A stretch of DNA of 63,378 nucleotides, counting the filler, from Octopus bimaculoides (lineage: Eukaryota): assembly GCF_001194135.2 (NCBI RefSeq). It is 4 parts of 4 records of this genome, joined end to end, with 100 filler letters (N's around TTAATTAATTAA, not from the genome) between each part and the next. Parts side by side here need not be neighbours in the genome. Positions count along the whole stretch, not along the records: positions 1 to 19,152 come from NC_068989.1; 3 more parts are not named here. One strand, 5' to 3'. The translations under genes and the position numbers were made by a program. The notes below the pieces were generated by a model, which did not search any database, was not told the DNA's origin, and saw only the letters and a program-made list of their open reading frames with translations. This document shows, in pieces, positions 1-12,797 of the stretch. Position 1 is the first letter of the stretch. Each line of letters begins with the position of its first letter.

Positions 1-322
1 CTTTCGATTGACAGGATCATGCTCAAAGTGGTTTCGTCATTCGCACGTGCCATCTTTGCTACATTCACCCACCTTTTATTAAATCTTTCACGAGACAAAA
101 CTTGCCTATCTATTCTCACTTTCCTTTTCAAGTTGATGAGCGATTGGCCAGAGGGAAAGTGTTTATCTCTAGACTTTTCGCTCGAGTCCACCACAAGCAA
201 TCTTTCACCATGGCCACCAGTACGATGGACACTGCATCGCCTTCCCGGTTAAGAGAAGGTGGCGGAGCAATTTTCACGATAGACTCGGCCGACAAGCAAA
301 CTCGTCCCACACGTGACAGCTC
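1..322 (-). mobile_element. Tx1/L1-clade LINE ORF2 C-terminal fragment (frameshifted)
   Basis: ELSRVGRVCLSAESIVKIAPPPSLNREGDAVSIVLVAMVKDCLWWTRAKSLE, then after a frameshift KRKVRIDRQVLSRERFNKRWVNVAKMAR. Homologous to the copies at 48198 and 19253. Confidence 0.8.
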
Positions 323-395
323 TTTCTCTATTGGCAAGAAATCTTGAAGTAAAACTGAACAATGACAGACATACATACATACATACATACATACA

Positions 396-426
<31 letters not shown>

Positions 427-814
427 TTGTACATATATATTATCTATGTCTACGTGCACGTGCGCGCAGACACAAAGGGTGAAAACGCAGTTACTGTCTA
501 TTAGCCATTTACACACTCTGACTATTAGAGACAATGCACAAGAACAAGTTTTGCTAGCTTGCTCTCTTCAGATATCTACGTAGAGGTTGTAATTGACATC
601 AGACTAATCATAGAATGTTGCTTTCCTTCGTTTTATTTTCTTGTTGTTGGGAGTTTTTTTGTGGGATGATTTTGGCAATTGAAAACATCGAATTTACGAT
701 CTATTTATGGTTCTAAATATGTCATTTCTGAGACTGAGATTTAGACTTGACTGCTATAAGAGAATTCTATATGATCTGTGAGTGATTTACTTCATACATA
801 TATATACATATATA

Positions 815-860
<46 letters not shown>

Positions 861-911
861 TACATACACACATACTAGAATGTTCATCTTCAGAATATCT
901 TNNNNNNNNNN

Positions 912-952
<41 letters not shown>

Positions 953-957
953 GTGTA

Positions 958-1006
<49 letters not shown>

Positions 1007-1061
1007 ATGTATATTTTTCTATATATCAAGTCCAAGCTTTTTTATTTGTTTATTTGCATCA

Positions 1062-1101
<40 letters not shown>

Positions 1102-1857
1102 ATATATATATGTATACACACACAGAGATATATATATATGTGTGTGTGTGTGAGAGAGAGAGTAAAACATATATATATAGAGAGAGAGACATATATATAT
1201 ATATAGAGAGAGAGAGACATATATATATATATATATGTATGTGGGTATGTGTGTGTGTGTGCGTTCGTGTGCGTGTGTGTTTATTCTGAGACACATTTAA
1301 CTACAATGTGATTTGAAGAGAGAAAACTGTCTTCGTTTCATACAAACAAATGACAAACAAATTATCACAAACTGTACTTAAACTCACTGAATTTAAACCT
1401 CGTCTTAAATAACAGAAATTGCTTTGTTGAACTTTCAAATCAATTCACTCCAGATGGACTAATTGTATTTTAACATTAAAAAGCAACAAAACAAAAAATA
1501 TCTATTGTGAATTTGTCATTCTTTATGTTTTTTTTTTACTTACTTGACATCGAACCAACATTTATATGTGACTGTATGTATTTGTTTGTGCGAGTATTTT
1601 TTTTTTTCCAATGTGCGTGGATTTTTNNNNNNNNNNATTTTTGCCGTTGTTTTTGTGGGTTTTTTTTTATATTATGTTGTTCGGATATTTTTTTTTTGTC
1701 ATCATTCATGGGAAGAAAGAAAAAAAAATTTACCAGAATAAACAGAGGAAATGTTTACAAGGGGGGGGGTCGGCTAATACAAACAGCCATCAGAGGATCA
1801 AATACAGGATATACAAATAAACTTAAAATATACGCGTTAATCGATTGATAATAAGAA

Positions 1858-1925
1858 CAACAATGATAATAATAGTAGTAATAATAATACTAACAGTAGC
1901 AGTAGTAGTAGTGGTGGTGGTGGTG

Positions 1926-1967
<42 letters not shown>

Positions 1968-1992
1968 AAAAAGTTATAATTACTAATAAGTG

Positions 1993-2032
<40 letters not shown>

Positions 2033-2537
2033 GTAACAGTAATAATAATAATAATAGTAATAATAATAATAATAATNNNNNNNNNNNNNNNNNNNNNNNN
2101 NNNNNNNNNNNNNNNNNNNNNNNNNNNNNNNNNNNNNNNNNNNNNNNNNNNNNNNNNNNNNNNNNNNNNNNNNNNNNNNNNNNNNNNNNNNNNNNNNNNN
2201 NNNNNNNNNNNNNNNNNNNNNNNNNNNNNNNNNNNNNNNNNNNNNNNNNNNNNNNNNNNNNNNNNNNNNNNNNNNNNNNNNNNNNNNNNNNNNNNNNNNN
2301 NNNNNNNNNNNNNNNNNNNNNNNNNNNNNNNNNNNNNNNNNNNNNNNNNNNNNNNNNNNNNNNNNNNNNNNNNNNNNNNNNNNNNNNNNNNNNNNNNNNN
2401 NNNNNNNNNNNNNNNNNNNNNNNNNNNNNNNNNNNNNNNNNNNNNNNNNNNNNNNNNNNNNNNNNNTAATAATAATAATAATAATAATAATAGTAACAGT
2501 AATAATAATAATAACAATAATAATAATAATAGTAACA

Positions 2538-2570
<33 letters not shown>

Positions 2571-2641
2571 GTAACAGTAATAATAATAATAATATAATAA
2601 TAATAATAATAGTAACAGTAATAATAATAATAATAGTAACA

Positions 2642-2684
<43 letters not shown>

Positions 2685-2715
2685 GGATAATAGTGATGAT
2701 GATGCTGATGATGCT
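1858..2715. repeat. (TAA)n/(TAG)n/(TGG)n microsatellite complex spanning a gap
   Basis: Seen directly. (TA)n, (CA)n, (GA)n, (TACA)n and (GATA)n tracts are also scattered across the window, e.g. 369-424, 786-1270, 7780-7960, 11000-11430, 29470-29545, 51445-51940. Confidence 0.9.
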
Positions 2716-2911
2716 GATGGTGTCTGAGTCTCTTCTAACAATTTCTAGGCTGCCTACCAAAGACCACAAATACAAAATACTAACAGATCAAAGTAGCTGT
2801 CGGCCAGCTTGATCATGCGCAATGGCTATTTAATAGAATTTCCAAACATTTACGAAAATTCAGTGAATTTCATTCACACATCGGTACACATTCACACCTG
2901 ATCGCTTGCCA

Positions 2912-2973
<62 letters not shown>

Positions 2974-3382
2974 NNNNNNNNNNNNNNNNNNNNNNNNNNN
3001 NNNNNNNNNNNNNNNNNNNNNNNNNNNNNNNNNNNNNNNNNNNNNNNNNNNNNNNNNNNNNNNNNNNNNNNNNNNNNNNNNNNNNNNNNNNNNNNNNNNN
3101 NNNNNNNNNNNNNNNNNNNNNNNNNNNNNNNNNNNNNNNNNNNNNNNNNNNNNNNNNNNNNNNNNNNNNNNNNNNNNNNNNNNNNNNNNNNNNNNNNNNN
3201 NNNNNNNNNNNNNNNNNNNNNNNNNNNNNNNNNNNNNNNNNNNNNNNNNNNNNNNNNNNNNNNNNNNNNNNNNNNNNNNNNNNNNNNNNNNNNNNNNNNN
3301 NNNNNNNNNNNNNNNNNNNNNNNNNNNNNNNNNNNNNNNNNNNNNNNNNNNNNNNNNNNNNNNNNNNNNNNNNNNNNTAATT

Positions 3383-3414
<32 letters not shown>

Positions 3415-3749
3415 GCCATGTGCTGAGAAGAATTCTTTGTGGTTTGAATAATTCACCTTTGAAAACATGGGTGTTTTGCTCAACATCCTTAAACAAACCT
3501 TATTCAGGGACCTTTTGAGCGGGATGAGCTGCTCGACCTGAAGAAAATTCTGACTGGGCCCCACCTGCGAGGTCATGCGCTGTTTATTTTGATATGAGAT
3601 CACCATGTCGCGCGCATATGGTTGTGATGCATGTACCTGGTGTATCCTTATCAGACGGGTAGTCATGATGGGTATACTGGGCTTCGTATATTTTACCCAT
3701 GCACTGCTCTCTCACACAATGAGAAATTTCTATTCATAATAGTAATAGA

Positions 3750-4135
3750 AAGAGTACAAGCGTAGACACGACAAGGTAGCACAAAACCTCCACTGACTAC
3801 TATGCCGTAAGTATGGATATGAGGTTATGGGTGTGCCTGGTACCAGTATACACCGGAAAAGGTAATGGAAGAAAAGAGAAAGGCAAAAATTCCTCTGGGA
3901 CTTTGATTTCAGGACTGACAATGTGTTAGAGCACTGAAGGCCGGATATAGTAACCTTTAGGAGGGACAAACAAGAGTGCCTGATAATCGACGTAGCAGTG
4001 CCAGGGGATAAACATATCGTCATGGAAGAAAGAGAAAAGGTTGACAAATATGGAGACCTGAGAATTGAGATCGCTAAGATGTGGCAGCTAGAAGAGTCAA
4101 ACATAAGGGTTGTGCCTATTGTTATCAGAACATTT
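3750..4135 (+). mobile_element. R4/Dong-clade LINE restriction-like endonuclease fragment
   Basis: EYKRRHDKVAQNLH, then after frameshifts (K)LWDFDFRTDNVLEH.RPDIVTFRRDKQECLIIDVAVPGDKHIVMEEREKVDKYGDLRIEIAKMW. Shows the RHD, PD and D-x13-K-x2-KY motifs of REL endonucleases. Confidence 0.88.
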
Positions 4136-4139
4136 GACT

Positions 4140-4387
4140 GGTTCCCACCACAATAACCGGATTGCGAGCGACAAAGAACCGCTTCCCTGTGCCATCGTCA
4201 TTGAAAGAGCTAAAGTAGGCTTTACTTCTAGAATGGCCTAAAATTTTTTCCCTAACAGACGTTCAAAACATTTACGAGTTATTTCTCGATGTATTAAAGC
4301 TGTGATTGGTGTCAAAGGTGAACCAACTCCGTATTAAATAGTAAAACTTTCATTTAAGGTGTTTCCATTTTTTGTATAACCTCTGTA
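4140..4387 (+). mobile_element. Tc1-like transposon 3' end (transposase C-terminus and TIR)
   Basis: ...VISRCIKAVIGVKGEPTPY* resembles the Tc1 terminus RLxAVIxAKGGxTKY*. It is followed by ...gtttccattttttgtataacctctg and a TA, consistent with a TIR and TA target. Confidence 0.55.
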
Positions 4388-4780
4388 AGTATGTATGTGT
4401 GATTGTGTGTGTGTGTGTGTGTGTGTTTATGTGTGTGTGCGTGTGTATGAGTGATCGATAAAATGATGCTATAAAACATACAGCTCTTCTGACTTCATAA
4501 CCATTAACTTATTTGTAATCAACTCTACTTACATATATGTATGTGTATATGTGTGCGTGTGTGTGTGAGAGTGAGAGAGAGAGAGAGAGTCTGTATGCAT
4601 GGGTGTGTGTATGTGTTAGAATATAGTCATTCATAACCTCTGCCGTGTGCAATATATAATTTATTAGCTCAGCTTATTTAGTCAGCATTATATATGTGTG
4701 TGCGCATGGGTGTGTGTAGGTATGGGCGAAGTCATGTCTGGTTGTACGAACACGTATATTATATGCGTGTGTGTATATAT

Positions 4781-4826
<46 letters not shown>

Positions 4827-5131
4827 TTTGTAATATAATTATCGGTGAAAATATAAGTACTGTATGCATTAACAAAGTTTAGCCAACGACAGACAAAAAC
4901 AAATTTATAAGGATTCAAAAAGCCTACGCAGCCCAATTAAAAACTGAGATTAATAATTTAATTACTCCAATGATTGTGCAAATTAGATTCCACTCCTATG
5001 CAAATGTCTACCTACCATATTTTAATTAATATCTCACAAGTCATCAGCCATACGCCTCCGAGGCTGGAAACTCCGGTCTTTCTAGCATGTAATGCAGATT
5101 TTAGGTCAGCATTTTTATTAGTTCGTTTCGT

Positions 5132-5631
5132 TTCGTTTCGATATTTGTTTGTTTTGTTAACCATAAACTCCAACGGTACCTAACCCAAGAAATGATTTGA
5201 CGATCGTCCGCTGATACTGATACAGTACGGATGTAAATTTTGAATAAAAGCTACTTAGCGGTCAGAAACACTCGGGAGCTGAAGAGCAGAAGGTCGTCAG
5301 TGAAGAAACCCCACCACGGGAAAGTGTTCCACCCCGTAACTTCTTACACTCTGGGGAACCGGTCGCATCCAGTTCATGATACCTGGGTTTCTTTGTGCTG
5401 ACACTTATAGCCACTTTGGTATCGAAGACTTGTGCATTTAAACCTCTTGGAAGTTTCATCTCATTGTAACTCCTCTCCTTTGAATCAGCTTTCAAACTAA
5501 GAGTTATCAGTTCTATTCTTCGTTTCGATATTTGTTTATTTTTGTTAACCATAAACTCTAACGGTAACTAACACAATATATTACTTGATGATTCTCCGCT
5601 GATGCAGTACAGATATGAATTTTGAATAAAA
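5132..5631. repeat. Diverged ~115-bp direct repeat (5132-5249 and 5519-5631)
   Basis: ttcgtttcgatatttgttt..ttttgttaaccataaactc.aacggta.ctaac.caa...ccgctgat...cagtac.gat.t.aattttgaataaaa occurs in both copies. Confidence 0.85.
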
Positions 5632-5782
5632 CTATTTTATTTTACGTCTATATTTCATTTTTGCAAGATTCTTGATGGGAAATCGTGTGTCGAAACATAT
5701 TGTTATAATTGAGAATTGTCATATTTTGCTTATTAAAACACGCACAATATTTTCAGTCTTAATTCAGCTTTATTATTATTAC

Positions 5783-5821
<39 letters not shown>

Positions 5822-6595
5822 CATTTTAGTTTCTTTGTCAAAGCTCTTTCGTCGCACATCCTGTGAACTCTTCTTGTTCTGCTTCTTCCATTTTGTCATT
5901 ATTTTACTTCATTTTATTTTGGTTACATAATTATTATACATATTCTACGGAATATTACACTCTCTGCATCTTTGTCTTTGGATCATACGTATATGAACAT
6001 GATCTCCACTTTATGGTGAACTTTGGAATGTAATGGATCAGATAACTGGTTATATATTGTGCGTATGCTCACATTAATGCCAAACTATATGGGATACCTG
6101 ATAGCTCATTCATCAAATTTGACAGCCGTTTAGCATTTGTAATAAAAGAAGGTAACGAATGGAGAAATCAATAGATAAACAAATAAAAGAAAAAATTAGG
6201 AAGAAAGAAAGAAAGAAAGAAAATAGGAGAGGAAGTGTTGAAAGTTTTCATACTCGACCACTGGTGGTTAATGAAGAGAATAACAGCCTCTTCAAAGATG
6301 ATACATGCATGCAGGGAGACAGTGAATCACAACTGGTACTGTGTGTATCATACATTCAGTACACCTGAAGCAATCGAAGTGGCGTTATTTCATTGTCACA
6401 AATATGTGTTACTCCAGCCGCCGCATTGAGAGGTCTGCCATGTGTGGATCCAAGAAATTTCGGCCACGAGTAATCAACAAAGACCATTACCTGACTAAGC
6501 AGTTCTTCAATAAAAAGACGCAGTCTCGTACAGGCCAGACAACAATGACTGGTCTCACCTACACTTCGGAAGTGGCAGTATTTCACGGACGCTCA

Positions 6596-6775
6596 GGCGG
6601 CGAGGTGACAGAAACGTTAGCCCGCCGGGGGAAATGCTTAGCGGTATTTCGTCTGTCTTTATGTCTGAGTTCAAATTCCACCGAGGTCGACTTTGCCTTT
6701 CATCCTTTCGGAGTCGATAAATTAAGTACCAGTTGCGTACTGAGGTCGATCTAATCGACTGCCCCCCTCCTCAAA
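6596..6775 (+). mobile_element. SINE family A (tRNA-like head plus gcctttcatcctttcgg.gtcgataaa..aagtaccag central domain)
   Basis: Multicopy, with further copies at about 11840-11990(-), 13551-13960 (tandem pair), 21640, 22178-22790 (three), 36330-36530(-), 42830-44400(-, several), 50000 and 54975-55190. The central motif resembles the Deu/Nin domain (from memory). Confidence 0.85.
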
Positions 6776-6851
6776 AGTTACTTACTTTTTAGTCAACCTG
6801 ATATTATTATTATTATTATTATTATTATTATGATTATTATTATTATTATGG

Positions 6852-7158
6852 AGTGAGAGAGCAGTACATGCCATCAAAGTGACACTGGGGTAAAATATAT
6901 GAAGCCCATTATGCCCATCGTGACTACCCATCTGATAAGGGTACACCAGGAACATGCATCACAACCATATGTGCGCGACATGGTGATCTCATATCAAGAA
7001 CAAACAGCGCGTGACTTTGCAGATGGGGCCCAGTTAGAATTTTCTTCAGGTCGAGTAGCCCATCCCACTCAAAAGGTCCCTGAATAGCGGTTTGTTTAAG
7101 GATGTCGAACGAAACACCCATAAGCCCCCAAAGAATTCCCCTCAGCACATGGCTATGA
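6852..7158 (+). mobile_element. Interspersed repeat family D (SINE/LINE-tail like); inverted copy at 3413-3718
   Basis: gagagagcagt...catctgataagggtacaccagg.acatgcatcacaaccatatg.gcgcgacatggtgatctcatatc...ctcagcacatggctat is the reverse complement of 3413-3718. Confidence 0.8.
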
Positions 7159-7312
7159 TGCTCCCCCACTATTTCTGCTCGCGGTCAGAGACGAACATAT
7201 CGTCAGCCATTAAGGGATATGTTCAAACGGTTAAGATCAATCACAACTGACATGCAAAATATTTGCTGTAGCCCATCTTTTTTATTATCATAAGTATTAT
7301 TATTATTATTAT

Positions 7313-7367
<55 letters not shown>

Positions 7368-7786
7368 TTTATTTCCATATTGATCTATCGTTTCTGACTT
7401 CATTATGTTAGAATGATGCAAATTATTGTAGAACAATTTTGCGATTCTTGCACTATCATTAGGAAATTGGGACAAGGTTAGCAAGAAATTGCTCTATGGA
7501 AGTTCTGTATATGATTTCCTGCATGTGCGTGGGATAGTAGGTGGGGGGGCGTGTGCGTATGTGTATATGTGCATTTGTGTGTATGTATGTGTGAGTGGGT
7601 GTATGTGTATAAATGCATATTTGTATGTCTCTTCAGTATCACATGTGTTTATATGCATACAGTGATACACACACGCACGCACACACACATATACTTGTGT
7701 GTTTGTATGTGTGTATAAATATATGCACAAATATCTGTATATGCATGTATGTGTACATATACACAAACATACATATATGTATATAA

Positions 7787-7889
<103 letters not shown>

Positions 7890-8010
7890 TGTGTGTTTGC
7901 GTGTGTATGTGTATTATACATATATATGCGTGTGTATGTATGTGTGTGTATGTGTTTGTACATAGAGATGGCAGCCACTCGACCTTGCTCATAGAATATA
8001 CTTTTAAAGA

Positions 8011-8275
8011 GACACACGATCACTGATCTCGTAAATAGAAAAACATTTAGTTTTAAATCTCTGAACGAGAAATATGTAGTAACAATACAGAACACTTTGT
8101 AGCCAGCGGGAAAAGATGTTTTCCTGGGGCTAAAACACAGTAACATCGTCCTGTGTAGGACTGCCACATTTTGTTGGCAAATAGACTTTACTGCTCAGTA
8201 TTCTTACTACATATTTCTCGCTCAGAGATTTAAAACTAGTTGTTTTTCTCTTTACGAGATCAGTGATTGTGTGTC
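8011..8275. mobile_element. MITE with ~78-bp terminal inverted repeats
   Basis: 8011-8088 is the reverse complement of 8198-8275 with a few mismatches. The core ggggctaaaa..cagtaacatc recurs at about 31190, 33060 and 58320. Confidence 0.75.
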
Positions 8276-8330
8276 GCATGGATGTATAGATATACGTACA
8301 CACATATATTTATAATATATATATACATGT

Positions 8331-8675
8331 AGGCGCAGGTGGCGTGGCTATGTGGTAAGAAGCTTGTTTGCCAACCACATGGTTGCGGGTTCAGTCCCAC
8401 TGCTGGGCACCGTCCAAAGTCTTGTAAATGGATTTGATAGACGGAAACTGAAAGAAGCCCGTCATATGTGTGTGTTTGTGTATTTGTCCCCCCCCCCTAT
8501 CACCGGTGTTGGTGTGTTTACGTCCCCATAACTTAGCTGTTCGGCAAAAAGTGACCGATTGGATAAGTACTAGGCCTGAGAAATAAGTACTGGTGTCGAT
8601 TTGTTCAACTAAAAAAAACTATTCATGGCGGTGCTCCAGCATGGCCGCAGTCATGTGACTGAAACAAATGAAAGA
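8331..8675 (+). mobile_element. SINE family B (tRNA head; CORE-like accttgggcaagtg in other copies; (GT)n middle)
   Basis: gtggtaagaagcttg...ggttcagtcccactg...gatagacggaaactgaaagaagcccgtc. Copies at 14500-14990, 18200-18290, 31670-31820(-) and 45000-45200(-), and a tail at 50870-50955. Confidence 0.8.
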
Positions 8676-8841
8676 NNNNNNNNNNNNNNNNNNNNNNNNN
8701 NNNNNNNNNNNNNNNNNNNNNNNNNNNNNNNNNNNNNNNNNNNNNNNNNNNNNNNNNNNNNNNNNNNNNNNNNNNNNNNNNNNNNNNNNNNNNNNNNNNN
8801 NNNNNNNNNNNNNNNNNNNNNNNNNNNNNNNNNNNNNNNNN

Positions 8842-8878
<37 letters not shown>

Positions 8879-9218
8879 CATAAATGTATTATGCATACAC
8901 ACGCATACTCACACACACAAATTTATATTCACCTACATATATATACGTATATGCTTGTGTGTGTGCAAATTTATTTACGTTTGTATATAAATAAATTTGT
9001 GTATACGTATGAACACACATATATATATACATTCCTGCAAACCAATAAACATACATAAGAAATATGAATATATATATATATGTATATATATTTAGACATA
9101 CACATATGTATGCATGATTAGCTATATAGTGTTATAGGTGTAGATACATTTGCGTGTGTGTGTATATATATATATAAAGATATAAAAATATTATTAAATT
9201 TATACAATAAGTATTTAT

Positions 9219-9266
<48 letters not shown>

Positions 9267-9849
9267 TGCGTGCCTTTATGCATATGCGTGCGTACGAGCA
9301 CGTGTCGTGGTGTGTGAATTGAAACCAGTGTATGCTGGTGTGTGTATATGCGTGTATCTCACCAGTTACAACAGAACATAATGCGGTTTCGTCATTTGCC
9401 TTCAGAAAAACACTTCGCATCACTTTGAAGTAAAATGATACAATCGACACCATCTTCAAAGCCCCTTCGAAACAAAAGTATAAAAATGCAAAATTATTTT
9501 TTAAAGGGTCAAAATGCCAACCGGGGGTTAACGATATCATATGATCAAGGTTTATCAGTTTCATTGTATATTGTTTTCTATTTATTTATTTTTTCTCCTT
9601 TTTTTTTTTTTTCTTCGTTTTAATATTTTCTTCTTCGACTGAATTTTTCTTCTATTGAATAACTCCTCAGAGAAAAACGACGTTATTATCTTAAGTGAAC
9701 TTATTCAAAGATGGAGGTTAGAGCCTCAGAAAACAAGATAGTAAAATGGACAACAAAACAAAAATAAGACAAAGCAAAAAAAAAAAAAAGCAGAACAACA
9801 ACAAAAACAACATGAATAAATTTTCTCGTCTTTTCTTTCTTACTTTCAT

Positions 9850-10236
9850 TAAAATAATAATAATGATAATAATAATAATGATGATGATGATGATGATGTG
9901 GATGATGATATGGATGACGATAATGATGATGATAATGATGATGGCGATAATGATGAGGAGGAGGAGGAAGGCGGTGGTGGTGGTGGTCGTCGTCGTGATG
10001 ATAAGGAGGAGGAGATGGAGTATGATAATTATGATGATGAAGCTGATGGTAGTGGTGGGGGGATGATAATGATGATTGTTATTATTCTTGTTTTTTTGTT
10101 TGTTTTTTTTTTGCTAATTTAAAATTTTTGAACGAAACACAATTTACTTTTCGTTTTTCTTTCATCTTTTTTTTTTTTTTTTCGTCAGCTTAGTAAGTGA
10201 ATCGCTTTATAAATATTAAAAAAACTATGAAGTTTC

Positions 10237-10272
<36 letters not shown>

Positions 10273-10422
10273 GGAGAAAGAGAAGAAATAGAAGAAGAGG
10301 AGGAGGAGAAGAAGAAGAAGAAGAAGAAAAGGAGGAGGAGAAAAAGAAGAAGAAGAAGAAGAAGAAGAAGAAGAAAAGGAGGAAGAGAAGAAGAAGAAGA
10401 ACAGGAGGAGGAGGAGGAGGAG

Positions 10423-10453
<31 letters not shown>

Positions 10454-10720
10454 GCAACAACAAAGAAAATGGAAGAGGAAAGGGAGTCGAAAGAGAATAT
10501 GGAGGAGGAGGAGGAGGGGTGAAAGGGGCTAGAGAGAAAAAAGAAGGAAGAGGAGGAGGAAAAGAAGAAGATAACGAAATGAAAAAGTGAGAAGAAGGAA
10601 GAGGAAAGGATCGAGGAGGTGGAGGAGATTGATGATGATGATTCTGAAGAGGAGATGACGATGATGATTAAAGAGGCGAAGGGGTGGAGAAGAAGGGGGG
10701 AAAGATGAACTGAAGTCAGG
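9850..10720. repeat. Compound trinucleotide/purine-rich simple repeat ((ATA)n, (GAT)n, (GAG)n, (GAA)n)
   Basis: Seen directly. It produces the poly-M/D/E/K/R pseudo-ORFs in the track. Confidence 0.9.
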
Positions 10721-10999
10721 AATGATATTATAAACAGAATGAAATGAAGGGAGTTGGTTTTTTTTTTGGTTTTTTTTTTGTATTTTATTCTACGATGTAA
10801 TTCTAGAAATATTTTCAAGTTATAGAATATCATATATCGTAATGCAATCCTTCTGTTTTGTGCAGTTGAATGTCTAGAAGGATGATATGGGTCGAGTTGG
10901 CTCAAGCTAGCAACATTGATTGGTTTTCTTTGAAATATCAACTGTTCCAACATGAAAGAAAAAAAGCGAACGCCGGAGAAATATATACTTTCTACAACA

Positions 11000-11047
<48 letters not shown>

Positions 11048-11296
11048 TCACATTCACACATATATACACACATATATAATATATATACACAAATACATAC
11101 ATACATATATAATATATACACAAATATACACATATATAACATATACACACATATGCACATATATTATATATATACACACATACATGCATATATAGATCCG
11201 TACATATATATACATATACATACATATATACATATAAATATAATATATATATATATACATATATATATATATTACATCTAAATATAAATCTATGTG

Positions 11297-11392
<96 letters not shown>

Positions 11393-12119
11393 TATATATA
11401 TGTGTATGTATGTATGTATGTATGTATGTATACATACTGCTACGGAACACATTTGTATCTGTGCGTGTATGTGTGAGAGAGACGAAATAATTGGGATGCA
11501 ATACGAAATGCCTGTACTCTTTCAACCAGCTTAACGTGCAGCCGATAGCATTTACTCGTGACTCGTGACGTTATCATAGAAGGAGAATTAGAATTTGTTT
11601 ATGCTAAGGAAAATATTTGAGACTACCAGGTTTTCTTTCAACAACTGAAGCAACCATTGAACTAAATGGTGGACTGGGGGTTTTTTTTTTTTCTGTATTT
11701 TTCTTGAACCCTTGGACTGACCATACCCGTTGCCCGGTTCCCAAAGCGTATATGTGACGGATATCAATATGGTCCTCTGCAAAGTATAAGGTGAGCAATT
11801 TTGAACAAAAAGAACAAATTGATTACGTGGACTCCAACACTTGATCCGTATTCTATTTTATCGACCCTTGAAAGGGATGAGGCGAAGTTAACTTCGGCAG
11901 GATTAGAACTCAGAATGGAAAGCTTCAGAAGGAATGCTGATAAGCATTTCTTGCAGCACTCTTATGATTCCGTCAACTTGCCCACCTTAATACGAGCAAC
12001 AACAACAGTCACAACAACGACAATAACCAAACAGAATGCGCCAATGATGGGGCACCTGTCTGAACGTAAAGAGCCGAGAGAAATGTTCGACGTGGTAACG
12101 ATATATATATATATATATA

Positions 12120-12239
12120 CATAATTGAGGGATCAGCAAAATATTTGCTTCACCATATACCGAAGTTCAGATATAGCAGCTAAAAAAGCTGAGAATCCCA
12201 CAGGTAGCATCACCTGATTTTGCTGATCCCTTAATTATG
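12120..12239. mobile_element. 120-bp MITE with 23-bp TIRs
   Basis: cataattgagggatcagcaaaat ... attttgctgatcccttaattatg (1 mismatch), preceded by TA. Confidence 0.72.
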
Positions 12240-12479
12240 TTTATAAATATATATGAGCTTTTAAATAAGTTCTCCACCAATAATGGTGCTTTCATACCGA
12301 TGGGCTTTGTAAAAATTATTAATTGTTAATTGATTTATTAATTAATAAATTGATAATCCTTTACCCTTTTAATTTGTAATAATTATATATGTATATATAT
12401 ATTAGTTTCAGCTCAAAGCTGTGGCCATGCTGGGGCACCGCAGTTTTGCTACACTGTTATTATTGAGAGTTTCCTCTAA

Positions 12480-12797
12480 TATGTGGCATTTGGTGAATAA
12501 GGGAGTTTGATGTAGCTACCCACATTTGCACCTTCTGCCGCGAGGTACGTTCATCTGGGACTCTCAACAGGAAGAGGTCCAGTTTTGATTAGAAAGCACC
12601 TGTATACTCTTTACGTAAGTCCCCCAGACTCTTTGGGAGACTGTTAAAAAGCTGTGGGCTCTGAAACCCAGGTTGTTGCAGTAACTGGTCTTGAAGTGCG
12701 ATGGCATTGCTTGAATCTTTGGCACTGTACAGTGGCGACCCGTTCTGGCCTTTGTGTAGCTTTCAATGCTAAAAATTGGCACAGTCCCTGATAGCCT
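12480..12797 (-). mobile_element. CR1/L2-group LINE 3' fragment
   Basis: ...PIFSIESYTKARTGRHCTVPKI...YCNNLGFR, then after a frameshift LPKSLGDL...KLDLFLLRVPDE...SNSL. The LP..L and FK..LD.FL..VPD pattern is typical of CR1-type termini. Confidence 0.72.

Noticed and set aside
6235-6600. Non-repetitive segment with several short overlapping ORFs
   Set aside because: No recognisable motif or convincing splice pair, and the longest ORF runs into a SINE.
10197-10532. E/K/R-rich 111-aa ORF and the overlapping 311-aa minus-strand ORF
   Set aside because: Produced by the GAA/GGA repeat tract, with no domain and no splice context.
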